A stretch of 64,000 bases of DNA from an uncultured Thermoplasmata archaeon (lineage in GTDB: Archaea; Thermoplasmatota; Thermoplasmata; Lutacidiplasmatales; UBA184), in contig CAWDQP010000010.1 in assembly GCA_963804505.1 (NCBI GenBank), positions 123,330 to 187,329 on the forward strand. The letters are read 5' to 3'. Both the position numbers and the translations under genes were made by a program. This document shows, in pieces, positions 42,126-52,525 of this stretch. Position 1 is the first letter of the stretch, and every line of letters starts with the position of its first letter. The notes under the pieces are model-generated. The model had not been told where the DNA came from. It did no database searches and saw nothing but the letters and a program-made list of their open reading frames with translations.

Positions 42126-43789
42126 ATGACCGACATTTCCCGTCGCCGATTTCGGATGCGTCGGACGACCCGGGAGGCGTCGGCCGGCGACACCCTGCTC
42201 CAGACCCTGGCGGCCCGCGGGTTCCCGAACGTCGTGCGCTCGGTGCGCTACCATCGTCCCCGCGGGCCGTTCTGCGGACTGGGCCACTGCACCGGATGCA
42301 TCGTCCGGGTGAACGGCCAACCGAACGTCCGGGCCTGTCGCCACGTGGTGGCGGACGGCGACCGGGTCGAGACCGAGAACGCGTGGCCCAGCCCCCGGTT
42401 GGACGTGCTGGGCGCGATCGACCTCGTCGTCCCCCGGGGGTTGGACACGCTGCACGGCTTTCGGCGCCCCGCGTGGGCCACGCGCATGTACCACCGCGTA
42501 ATCCGCCGGCTCGCCGGGTTCGGTTCCGCCCCGGATCCGGTGCCGGGCGCCCCGACCGCGGCCCCCCCGCGCCGCGAGGAGACGGACGTGGTCGTCGTGG
42601 GCGCGGGCACGTCGGGTCGGGCCGCCGCCGAGGCGCTCGTCCGCCGCGGCGCCCGCCCGGTGGTCGTCGATCGCGGGCTGCGGGTCGCTGAGATCCCCGG
42701 CGCGACGCTGCTGGCCCGGACGACCGTGACCTTCCTTCCCCCACCGCGCCCCGACGGCGCGCGTCCGTACACCCTCCTGGGGTTCGACGAGGACGGCCGC
42801 GGTGTGTCGATCCGGGCGCGGTCGGTCATCGTGGCGACGGGCGGGTACGAGCGTCGCTGTTGTTCGAAGGAAACGACCGCCCGGGGGTGATCGCGGCCGA
42901 CCTCGTCACCCGACTCGGACCCTCGGGAGGACGCTTACCCCTCTCCCGCGCGGTCGTCGTCGGCGGCGGCACTCGGGCCCGCGAGACCCTGGACGCTTTG
43001 GGGAAGTCCGCCATCGCGGTCGTGGCTCCCGGCGAGATCGCGCCCGACGTCGTGCGCCGAGCCTCGGAGCTCTCCGTTCCTCTCTATCCCCGCTCGCTCG
43101 TCGTGCGCGCGACGGGCCGTTCCCGGGTCCGGTCGCTCCATCTCCGGACCCGGGGCGGCGGACCGCGCTTCTCGCTCGGATGCGATGCGGTCGTCCTCGC
43201 CCACCGTCGTCTTCCGAACGCGCAACTGCTGTTCCAGGTCGGCGCCGGCATGGCGTGGCGCCCGGCGCCGGGCGCGTACTTCCCGGACGTCAGCGGCTCG
43301 GGTGCAACGACGGTACCCGGTCTCTTCGCGGCCGGCACCGTGGGGGGGTACCCCGAGGACGATCGCGGCCCGAGCGGCGAGCGGGCCGGGTTGGCGGCCC
43401 TCGAAGGGAGCGCGGCGCCGCCCGCCCCGGGGGCGTCCGTTCCCGCGGCCCCCTCCGAACTCGAGGGGTACTGCCGCGAGCTCCTGAAGGAACCACGGAA
43501 GGGAAAGTGGATCGTCTGCCCCTGCGAGGACGTCCTGCTCGAGGAGCTCGAGCGCGCCACGGAGGCCGGTTTCCGCGGGGTCGAGGTGGTGAAGCGCTAC
43601 ACGGGCGTCGGCACCGGACTCTGCCAGGGACGCTACTGCCTTCCCGACGCGCTCCTCCTGCTCGCCACGCTGGAAGGCCGGCGGCCGCCCGAGGTCGGAT
43701 ACATCACCCAGCGTCCTCCGCTCGTGCCCACGCCGCTCTCCGCGCTCGCGGGGCTGGGCGACGAGTTCGCTCAGGAGGCGGTCGCATGA
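42126..43789 (+). CDS. Proline dehydrogenase/sarcosine oxidase alpha-like subunit (2Fe-2S, FAD, BFD-like; frameshift ~42855)
   Basis: RSVRYHRPRGPFCGLGHCTGC..NVRAC, VVGAGTSG, FEGNDRPGV and CPCEDV..GTGLCQGRYC..RPP. Confidence 0.85.
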
Positions 43790-44953
43790 CCGCGCTCGAA
43801 CGCGACGCGTACCGCACGGTCGTGGTCGGCGCGGGGATCGTCGGCCTGCTCACCGCGTACCGCCTTGCGCGCGCCGGGGGCGGGCCGACCCTCGTGCTCG
43901 ACCGCGGGTTCCTTTCCGAGCGGAGGCTCCGGGCGGAACGGCGGCGGCGTGCGCCAGCAGTGGGAGACGCGTTCGACCATCCGGCTCGCGCGCGAAGCGG
44001 TCGCGGACTGGCGGCGGTTCGGCGTCGAGTTCGGCTACAACATCTGGTTCCGGCAGGGCGGGTACCTGTTCCTGGCGGAGAACGCGGCCGAGCTCACGCG
44101 CCTCGGCCGGGTCCACGAGGTCGTCCGGTCGGAGGGATTGCCCTCCCGGATGCTTTCCGCGGACGAGGTCGCGCGGCGGGTCGACGGGATCGCCCCGGGG
44201 GCGGCGGTCGGCGGAGCGTACCTCGGGACCGACGGCACGCTCTACCCGTTCCCCGCGGTCTGGGGCGTCTACGACGCGGTGCGCGCGCTGGGCGTCGAGG
44301 TGGCGCTGGGCGTGGAGGCGCTCGGCGTGGTGGCGCGCGACGGCCGGGCGGACGGCGTCGTCACCTCCGCGGGGACCGTGAGGACCTCCACCGTCGTGAA
44401 CGCCGCGGGCGGCTGGTCCGGCGAGTTCTCCCGAACGCGCCGGCCTGGAGGTCCCGAACGTCGCCTCCCGGCACGAGATCCTCGCCACCGAGCCGATGAA
44501 GCCGTTCCTCGATCCGATGGTCGTGCGCGCCTCGGACGGCCTCTACTTCAGCCAGACGATGCGGGGCGAGCTCGTGGGCGGCCTCACCGTCCCCCACGCG
44601 CCGGGCACGGCGCGCGGGGTCCCCAGCTCGCCGCGGTTCCTGACGGGGATGGCGCGGGCGCTGGTCGGCCTCATCCCGCGGCTCGCCGGGCTCGGGGTCC
44701 TGAGGGCGTGGACCGGATACTACGACGACACCCCCGACGGGCTCCCGGTGATCGGGGAGGACCCGCGGCTCCGCGGGTTCGTCCACGCGAACGGGTTCGG
44801 GGGCCACGGGTTCATGCTCGCTCCCGCGGCGTCCCGACGGGTCGCCGCCGCCGCGCTCGGCACGCCGTCCGACCTGGACCCGAAGGAGTTCTCGCCCGCG
44901 CGATTTCTGGCCGGGGCACGGCGCCGGCCGCCGAGCGGTTGCAACTCGGCTGA
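43786..44953 (+). CDS. FAD-dependent oxidoreductase, proline dehydrogenase/sarcosine oxidase beta-like subunit (frameshifted)
   Basis: VVGAGIVG, GSGRNGGGVRQQ, VVNAAGGWS, W.GYYD.TPD..PVIG and GFGGHGFM; ATGA overlap with the alpha gene. Confidence 0.88.
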
Positions 44954-45004
44954 ACCGCGGCGCCCTCCGCCACCGTATTGACCCCGGACCTCGGTCCGGC
45001 CGGC

Positions 45005-46365
45005 GTGAGCGGGCGGCTCCCGTGGGATCCGTTCCCCGGCGAAAGAGCCGGACCCGAGAGGGCCGGACGCCATCCACGCGATCTGCTATCGGGCCGCGGT
45101 GGCGGGCGCCGACACGTACCGGTTCCTCCGGATCGCCCTGCGCAAGGAAGGCGGGATCCTTCGCGTCGGGAACCGGTTCGTTCCGGACGGTCGGTACCGC
45201 GAGGTCGCTTTCCTCGCGGTCGGCCACGCCGCCAACTCGATGGCGCTCGCGGCGCTGGATGCGTTCGGCGATCGGCTCACGCAGGGGTTCATCGCGAGCC
45301 CGGAGCCGGCGCCTCCGATCCTGCCGTTCCAGAACCTGGAGCTCGCGCCGGGCTGGGGAGGGGCCGACGGCGCGACCACGGTCACCGACGCGGCGCGCGA
45401 GATCGCGGCCGGCCTCACCGACGTCGGACCTCTTTCTCGTGCTCCTTTCGCCCGGGGCTCTCCGCGGTCTTGCGCTGCCCCCGCCGGGCATGACGCGGGA
45501 GGAGTTCGCCCGTTTCCTCGAAGTGGCGCACACGGGCGGGGCGAGTGGCCCCGAGGTGATGCTCCTCGCCCGGGTGCTCGGCACCGGCGGCGTCGGCGGT
45601 CGACTGCTCCCGCCGACCACCGCCGCGGACGTCGGCGTGATGCTCGTCGACCGGGGGGACGGCCCGACCCTGCTGGGGGGAGGGCCGTTCGTCCCGGTCG
45701 CTCCCGCCGAACGAACGGAGGCCCGGGCGGTGATCGACCGGTTGGGCCTCGGCCCGCAACTGCCGGCCACCGCCGCCGGATCGCTTCGACCGGACGCGAC
45801 GAACCACGGTTCGCTGCCCGCGACCCTGCGCCGGCCGGTGCTCGTCGCCAGCCCGGCCGACGGTCTCCGCGGCGCCACGGACGCGGCGTTCGACCGAGGG
45901 TGGACGGCGCGGCTCGGGTCGCTCGCGATGCGCGAGCCGCCCGAGGCGGCGGCGGATATGCTCCTCGAGCGCTCCGAGACGTTCGTCCGCGAGGCGCGCT
46001 CCGGATCGTCGGGCGGGACGAAGGGGTACACGACGTTCGCGATGGCGACGTTGGACCTTCCCGAGGGGGTGGACGACACCGCGTTCTGCTGGGCGTTCCT
46101 CCAGAGGGCGCGCTCGCGCCGCACCCGACGGGAGATGAGCGTCGGGTTGTTCCGGACCTCCGGCTCGGTAAGGATCCCGGCCGACCCCAAAGCGCCGGTC
46201 GAGCCCGGAGGATGGGTCGTGGGCGCCTCGTCCGACCTCGAGGCGACCCCCGTTCCGTCCGAGACCCCGCGGCCCCTTGCGATGCGACCCGGCTTCACGG
46301 ACGTGGGCCTCCTCGCGATGACCGTCTGGCGCCCCGCCGCGGGCGCGGAGAAGGCCGGCCCTTAG
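45005..46365 (+). CDS. Divergent glycerate kinase (DUF4147/MOFRL)-like protein (frameshifted)
   Basis: AAVAGAD, AVGHAANSMA, LVLLSPG, DRGDGP..LGGGP and PGFTDV echo the glycerate 2-kinase layout. Confidence 0.55.
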
Positions 46366-47052
46366 CGGGACGCCGCGGCGCTTCCGGAGTGCGGCTCGCG
46401 CTCGGACTCTTCGAAGTGCCGCTTGAGCGCCATGTACCTCGGCGAACGAGATCTGACGCCGGGCCCGGACCGCGCCGGCCTGACGGAGGTTCGTGATCTG
46501 GTACGTTCGCAGGAGCTCCGGGATCGGACGGGAGGGCGGCAGCGAACGGTCGACCGTCGCGGGGGCCGCGGCGATCGGAACGGCGGCGAGAAGACGCTCC
46601 GCGACCGGCTCGGGAGGCGGAGCCCGTGGCGCGGGCGAACCGTGGGCGGGGCGGCTCTCCAAGTAGGACATGAGGCGCGCGTGCTCGCCGGGCGTAAGCT
46701 CGCCGTCCTCGCGGAGGGCGTCGACCAGCTCCTTCTGCCGCGGGCGGTACGTCTCGATCAGCTCGGTCAGCTCGCGGTCGGTCCGGTCGAGCGGGGCGGC
46801 GGCGAGCAGGGGGCCGACGAGGCCGTCCATGTCGGCCGACAGTTGATCGAGAGCCGTCTTGAGCTCGGCCGGTGTCGGACCTTCACCGCCCGGTCCGGTA
46901 TCGAACCGGGCCGCGAGGCGTGCCACGCTGCCGGGGGGCGCCCCTGGGCCGACCGGACGCTCGACGGACAGCTCGACCTCCCGCCGACGCACGGTCACGT
47001 GGTCGGACGGGCGCGCACGGAGAAAACGTACTCCCGGGAACGGGAGGTCCAC
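46362..47052 (-). CDS. Hypothetical protein with two similar helical modules (frameshift ~46435)
   Basis: ELIETYRP..DGELTPGEHARL and ELLRTYQI..RQISFAEYMALK. Confidence 0.55.
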
Positions 47053-47147
47053 CGGGGCCTGAACCGGGGGCCGATAACTAAACTCTACTTACTATAGGGG
47101 CGTAACTATAAATCCGTCGGCGGTGTCCGTGGCTCGGAGTACCCACG

Positions 47148-47633
47148 ATGCAGGGCGAACGGGGTCGCCGACCGACGGGAGCGGCGGGGGCAGGGTCCGA
47201 TACGTGCGACGCCGAGGACGGGACCTCCATCTGCCCCGTGCTTGCGGCGGTCAGCGTCATCGGGACCGAGTGGCGGCTCGCGATCGTCCACCGGCTACTC
47301 GAGGGACCGCAACGGTTCAGCGAGATCCTGAAGTCGAACACCCGCCTCAACGCAAAGACGCTCAGCGCCACCCTCAAGTTCCTGGAGGGCCAGGGCGTCG
47401 TCCAGCGGACCGTGGTCAGCACCCGTCCGTTCTCGGTCGTGTACTCGCTCACCGACATGGGACTCGGCCTCGCGCCCGCCGCGCGGGAACTGCGCCAGTG
47501 GGGCGAGCGATGGCTCCTGCCCCGACGCCAGGCGGCCGCCCGCGCCGGCGCCTCGGCGCGTCGGCCCCCCGTCATCCAGGGCGAGCTGCCCCGGATCGTC
47601 CTCGGCGAGGCCGAGGGCCGGGCGAAGCACTGA
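47148..47633 (+). CDS. HxlR family winged-helix regulator with N-terminal Cys
   Basis: ICPV.AAVSVIG..W...IV..LL.GPQRFSEI..TLSATLK.LE..V.YSLT..G; TATA-like CTATAAAT at 47106. Confidence 0.9.
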   Translation: MQGERGRRPTGAAGAGSDTCDAEDGTSICPVLAAVSVIGTEWRLAIVHRLLEGPQRFSEILKSNTRLNAKTLSATLKFLEGQGVVQRTVVSTRPFSVVYSLTDMGLGLAPAARELRQWGERWLLPRRQAAARAGASARRPPVIQGELPRIVLGEAEGRAKH

Positions 47634-48366
47634 GACCGGCATCGGAACGGGCCCTCGGGAGCACCGTTCCACGCCCTCTCCGGCCGGCGTTCAAGTAGGG
47701 CCTCGCCCGTTGTTCTCCTGCAACCAACCCAGGGAAGGATACCCAACATCGCCCAAAGGGGACGCGGCACCGCGTCTCGGGCGTGCGGGATCCTTCCTAC
47801 CAGGTTCCATCGTTCTGCGACCTCGTGAGCGAGGTAATCGGTCGGGTCCCTCGGCGCCATCGAACTCGATGACCGACCTGCCGTCGCCCGTATCGTCCGC
47901 GCGTTCGATCCGGCGTTCCGCCCGTTCGAGCCCTCCGACGTACCCCGACGCGCAGCGCCCCGACCGCCCGGCCTACGCCGGCCTCGTGCGCACTCGTGCC
48001 GAGGTCTCTCGGCCGGCCCGTCGAGGACCCCCCCGCGCCCCGTAGATCCCGGCGCCGCCCCGAGGTGGAGACCCCGCGAGGCCGCCGACCCCGAGCGCGA
48101 GCCCGGCCGGATCGTGGCGCAGACCCCGTACGGCCCCTCGGCTCCCGCGGCTTTCCGGTCGCGGGCTCGGGTCCCCCGAGGGCGATCCCGGTGGGTCGGA
48201 TTCGAGCCCGCCTCATCCCCCCCTCGACGGGCGACCCGCGAGCGGTGGTCGGTGAGCGACAGAATCATGCGGACCACAACCGAACCAGCACGACGCTGCC
48301 AACCCGTTCACCGCCAACCGATTCGAACCGCCCCGGATCGCGCGAGCCGCCGGCCCCCGGAGGGTG

Positions 48367-50936
48367 CATGACGCGCGACGAGGCACTCTCCGCCGCGTGC
48401 CCCGGGCCGTTCCCGCTACGACGCCGGTTCTACCGGGCTCTCGCCGAAGGGCTGCTCGCGGCGGAGCGCGGCGGACTCGTCCTCTTCGAGTCGACCTATG
48501 CCGCGCCGATCCCCCGCGTCACGGCCCGTCCGGCCTCGCTGCTCGCCCCGATGCTCGCGACGTCGACCTTCGCCGCGACGCCGGTCGAGCCCGGTCCGGT
48601 CGGCGATTCGGACTGCCCGCTCGCCGGCGCGACGGACGTCTACGCGACCCTGATTCCCGAGCGAACGCCGTCGATGGGCGCGCTCTCGGACGGGACGCTC
48701 GCCCCCCGGACCCGGACCCCTGCTCGGCGAGGACGGCTGGGTCGGCTACCAGACGTTCTGGTCGGCCGGGGAGAACGGTCGGGTCTGGGCGACGCGACGG
48801 TTCCGTTTCGCTGGCCGTTCGCGGAGGTCGGTGGCCTCGCGATTCCCCGCGGTGGCGGTGACCGTCGCGCAGGAATGGAGCCGCGCCACCGGCCGACCCG
48901 TGGTCGCGCGCCCTCAACGGCTGGGCGCTGCGAGCGATTGGCATCGTGCCAGCGACGCGCTCGATCCCCCGTGAGGCGTGGGTGGCCCTATCGGCGATCG
49001 AAGCGGAAAGAGCCGCGGAGCCGGCTCCGTTCGCGCCGACGCAGCGGGAGGCGTGTCGGTCCGGCCACGGGGTCGTGCTCGGTGCCTCGGGGGCCGGCGA
49101 AGACCTGGTTCCTGGCGGAGCGTGCGGCCCGAGCGATCGCGCGGCGGGAGTCGGTCGTCGCCATCGACCTCCACGGCGACCTCGCGCCGGCAATCGTCGA
49201 GCGCCTTCCCCCGGACCTTCGGGAGCGGCTCGTGGCGATCGACGCCACGGACCGCCCGGTTCCCGGCGTTGCGGCGCTCGCCGGGTCGGACGACCGCGCG
49301 GCCGCCCACCTCGTCGCGGCCATCAAGCGCCTGACGCCGGACGGCACCGACATGTACTGGGGGTTCCGCCTCGAGCGGATCTTCGACACGTTCGTCCGGC
49401 TCGTCCAGGAGTCGGGTGGGTCGCTGCTCGACCTGTACGCCCTCCTCGCCGACGCGGACCGGCGCGACGCTGCCCGGCTCGCGTCGCGGCGCGTGGACCT
49501 CGTGCGGTTCCTAGAAGAGCTCGCCCCGATCGTACGTCGCAACCCCGACTTCCTCTGGCCCGCGGCGGCGCGCCTGTCGAAGATGGTTCTCGTCCCGGCG
49601 CTCGCGGAACTCCTCTGCCCACCGGACGGGGGGCTGCCGGTCGAGGCGCTCCTCGAAGGCGGACGGTCGATCCTCGGTACGTCTGCCGTTCGCGGCGCTG
49701 GGGCCGGAGGCGACGTCGTTCGCCGGCACGCTCGTTCTCGCGCGGGTGTACCTCGGGCTCGCCTCCCGTCGAGGGCAACACGGGGCGGACCGACCGGTCC
49801 TCGCCGTCCTTGACGAAGTGCAGGGGCTTTCCCCGCGCCTCGTGGGAGAGATGCTGGCCGAGGGGCGGAAGTTCGGGCTCCGCCTGCTCCTCGCGACCCA
49901 GTACCCGGAGCGGCTGGCCCCCGAGCTCCGCCATGCGGCCGCCGGCAGTCGCCGGGGAAGTGGTGGCGTTCCGCGTGCCCCACCCGAACGTTGCGACGGT
50001 CGGGGGGTGGATCGGGCTCTCGCCCGCGGAGTCGGTCCGGCTCTTGCCGGATCTTCCGACCGGCCACGGGCTCGCTCGGGACCCGGAGACCGGCGCGATC
50101 CGGCCGATCGCCCCGAACGGTCCGCCTTCCGAGACGCCTCCGCAGGCATGGTCCGACGCGGTGGCTGCCTCGCGGCAGGAGTTTCGACCCGAAACCGCCG
50201 TGGGCGGAGGCGAGGAGGTCGACGACCCCGCCACGGAGAAGCTCCTGCTCGCGGTCCTCGCGGGCGAGGAGTCGGCCCGGCCGTTGGGGTTGGGAGAGAT
50301 CCCCACCGCCGCCCAGCGTCTGCCCGGCGTCGCGCTCGACGCGGCCCTGCTCGAAGACCGGGCCCGGTCGCTCGCGCGCCGCGGCTACGTCGACCTCGCC
50401 GACGGCCGGGCCCGCCTTTCCCCGCCGGCGAGCGACGGCTGGGGTTGAGCGCGGCGACGGGAGCGACCAAGGAGACCGCGGAGCATCGGGCGCTCCTCGT
50501 CCGCGCGTTCCGCACGTTCGCCCGGCGGGGGTATCTCATCGAGATCCTCCGCCAGGGCCGATTCGACACCACGCTTCCGGACGGCCTCTTCCGGCAGTTG
50601 CCCGAGCGGGCTCGCGGAAGCCCTGCGATCGAGCTGGCACGGGCGGTCGACGCGGTGCGGGACGGCTGGGCCTGGCGGTTCTTCGGTGGACGCGACGTCC
50701 ACCTGGAGGCCGAGGTATCGGGAGCGTTGCGACCGGCGCGCATCCGGCACGGCTACCGCAAGGCGCGCGCGCGGGGGGCGTTCGCGTTGTTCCTCGTCTC
50801 GGACGCTCGGCGCGCCGAGCGCGTACGACGCACCCTGCGCGCGGACGGCGTCGGGCGGTGGGAAGCTCAAGTGTGGACCCTTCCGGTCGGCCCGAGCCCA
50901 AACGTCGCCAGGCGCCGCGCCGAGGACAGGCTATGA
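48367..50936 (+). CDS. VirD4/TraD/HerA-like P-loop ATPase with C-terminal wHTH and PD-(D/E)xK-like domain (multiple frameshifts; may start ~47869)
   Basis: Walker A GASGAG(K)T ~49081-49105, IDLHGD, YWGFRLE, Walker B VLDEVQ ~49806, EGRKFG and ATQ; C-terminal LPDG..LEAEVS. Confidence 0.75.
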
Positions 50937-50960
50937 ACGTCGGGGCCCCTCGCGCGCGCC

Positions 50961-51458
50961 GTGCGCGCGTTCGTCGCGGTCGAGGTGGGACGTCCCGACC
51001 GGTCCGCCCCGGAGCATCTGACGGTCGAGTTCCTGGGCGACGTGCCGGACGGTTCGATCCCCCGTCTCGTCGAGTGCCTTCGGCCGGTCGGCAACGCCAC
51101 CGCCCCGTTCGAGATCCGACTGGAGGGGATCGGCGCCTTCCCGAAGGCGACCGACCCGCGCGTCGTCTGGGTCGGGGTCACCGTGGGGCGCACCGAACTG
51201 ACCGAGCTTGCCCGAAGGGTCCGTGCCGCTCTCGAGGGGGTGGTCCCGACCCCGCGCGAGGCGTTCGTGCCCCACCTCACGCTGTTCCGGGTCCGCACTC
51301 CCGCGGACCGGCAACGGGCGCTCGACCTTCTCGAGGGACGGATCGATCCCCCTCCCGCTCGGTCGAGCCGGGTGACCGAGTTCGCGCTGAAAGAGAGCGT
51401 GCTGGGGCCGCGCGGCGCGCACCACCGGGTGGTCGAGGCGTTCCCGTTGTCGGGCTAG
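50961..51458 (+). CDS. thpR: RNA 2',3'-cyclic phosphodiesterase (2H phosphoesterase)
   Basis: RAFVAV, two HxT motifs (EHLTVEFLG, PHLTLFRV), GAFP...PRVVWVG. Confidence 0.9.
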   Translation: MRAFVAVEVGRPDRSAPEHLTVEFLGDVPDGSIPRLVECLRPVGNATAPFEIRLEGIGAFPKATDPRVVWVGVTVGRTELTELARRVRAALEGVVPTPREAFVPHLTLFRVRTPADRQRALDLLEGRIDPPPARSSRVTEFALKESVLGPRGAHHRVVEAFPLSG

Positions 51459-51473
51459 GACCGTGGCCCCGGG

Positions 51474-52383
51474 TCAGCCGGTCTCCCGCCCGAACCGGTC
51501 GGCGACCAGCTTTCGCCACAGGTAGAGCGTGGCGTAGCTCCCCCACTCGGGATAGCGGGCCCCCGCCCACGCCCGCGCGGCCTCCTCGGGCGCGGAGCGC
51601 GGGACCGCGCCGTACCTCGTCGAGCGCGACGCGCACCCCGAGATCGCCGGCGACGAACACGTCCCGGCGTCCGGTTCCCCGGAGGAGCGCGTTCTCGGCG
51701 GTCCACCGCCCCACACCGGGAAGTTCCTCGAGCGTTTCCCGGGCCTTGGGCAGCGGGCGACGCTGGAGCGCGGCGGCGTCCGGCGGGTCGTTCGCCGCCC
51801 ACGCCGCGAGGGCCGCGAGCGCGCGGGATTTCGCCCCGCTCATCCCCAACGACCGCAGGTCCGCGGGCTCCTCGCGGAGGATACGGGACGGCGCCGGCAC
51901 GCACGGGATCTCAAGCCCCCCGACCGCGATCGACCGCCCCAGACGTTCGAACAGCCGTCGCTTGATCGCGTTCGCGGCGACGACCGAGAGCTGCTGCCCC
52001 AGGATCGCGTGCAGCAGGCTCTCGAACAGGTTGGCGTCGCGGGGGAGACGAAGGCCCCGGAACGTCCGGTCCGTTCCCCGCAGCACCGGGTCGTTCCGCA
52101 CAAGGCGGTAGAATTGTTCGAGCGGGTCGTCCAGCGAGAACAGCTGGCGCGCGGCCGCCCGAGCTTCCTTCGGTCCCGCCCCCCAGGCCTCGACCCGCCA
52201 GCGGGCGCCCTCCGGCTCGACCGCTAGCACCCAAGGATGCTCGGGCGGACCCCACGACCGGAGGATGCGCCGGCCGTCCAGGGCGAACACGAGCGAGCGG
52301 GAGGAGTATTCCAGCTGGGCCCGTTCGCGCGGGAGCGACGGAAGACGGGGCGGCACGACCGAGGTGCGCGTTCGCTCGACCAC
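51474..52383 (-). CDS. DNA-3-methyladenine glycosylase II (AlkA family; frameshift ~51620)
   Basis: FESLLHAILGQQLS, HhH LPGVGRWTAE..L.RG.GR.DVFVAGDLGVR, and W.SYATLYLW. Confidence 0.88.
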
Positions 52384-52525
52384 GCGGCCCGGAGGGGTCC
52401 GCTCGCAAGAGCTTGCCGGTCCCGCATCGTTCGCGCCGCGTGCCGCTCTCGATACGATTAAGGGGCGGCAGGCTGGTGGAGGACGTCCCGCGGTCGGCGA
52501 GGGACCCGGGAGGGAAACGACGCCG

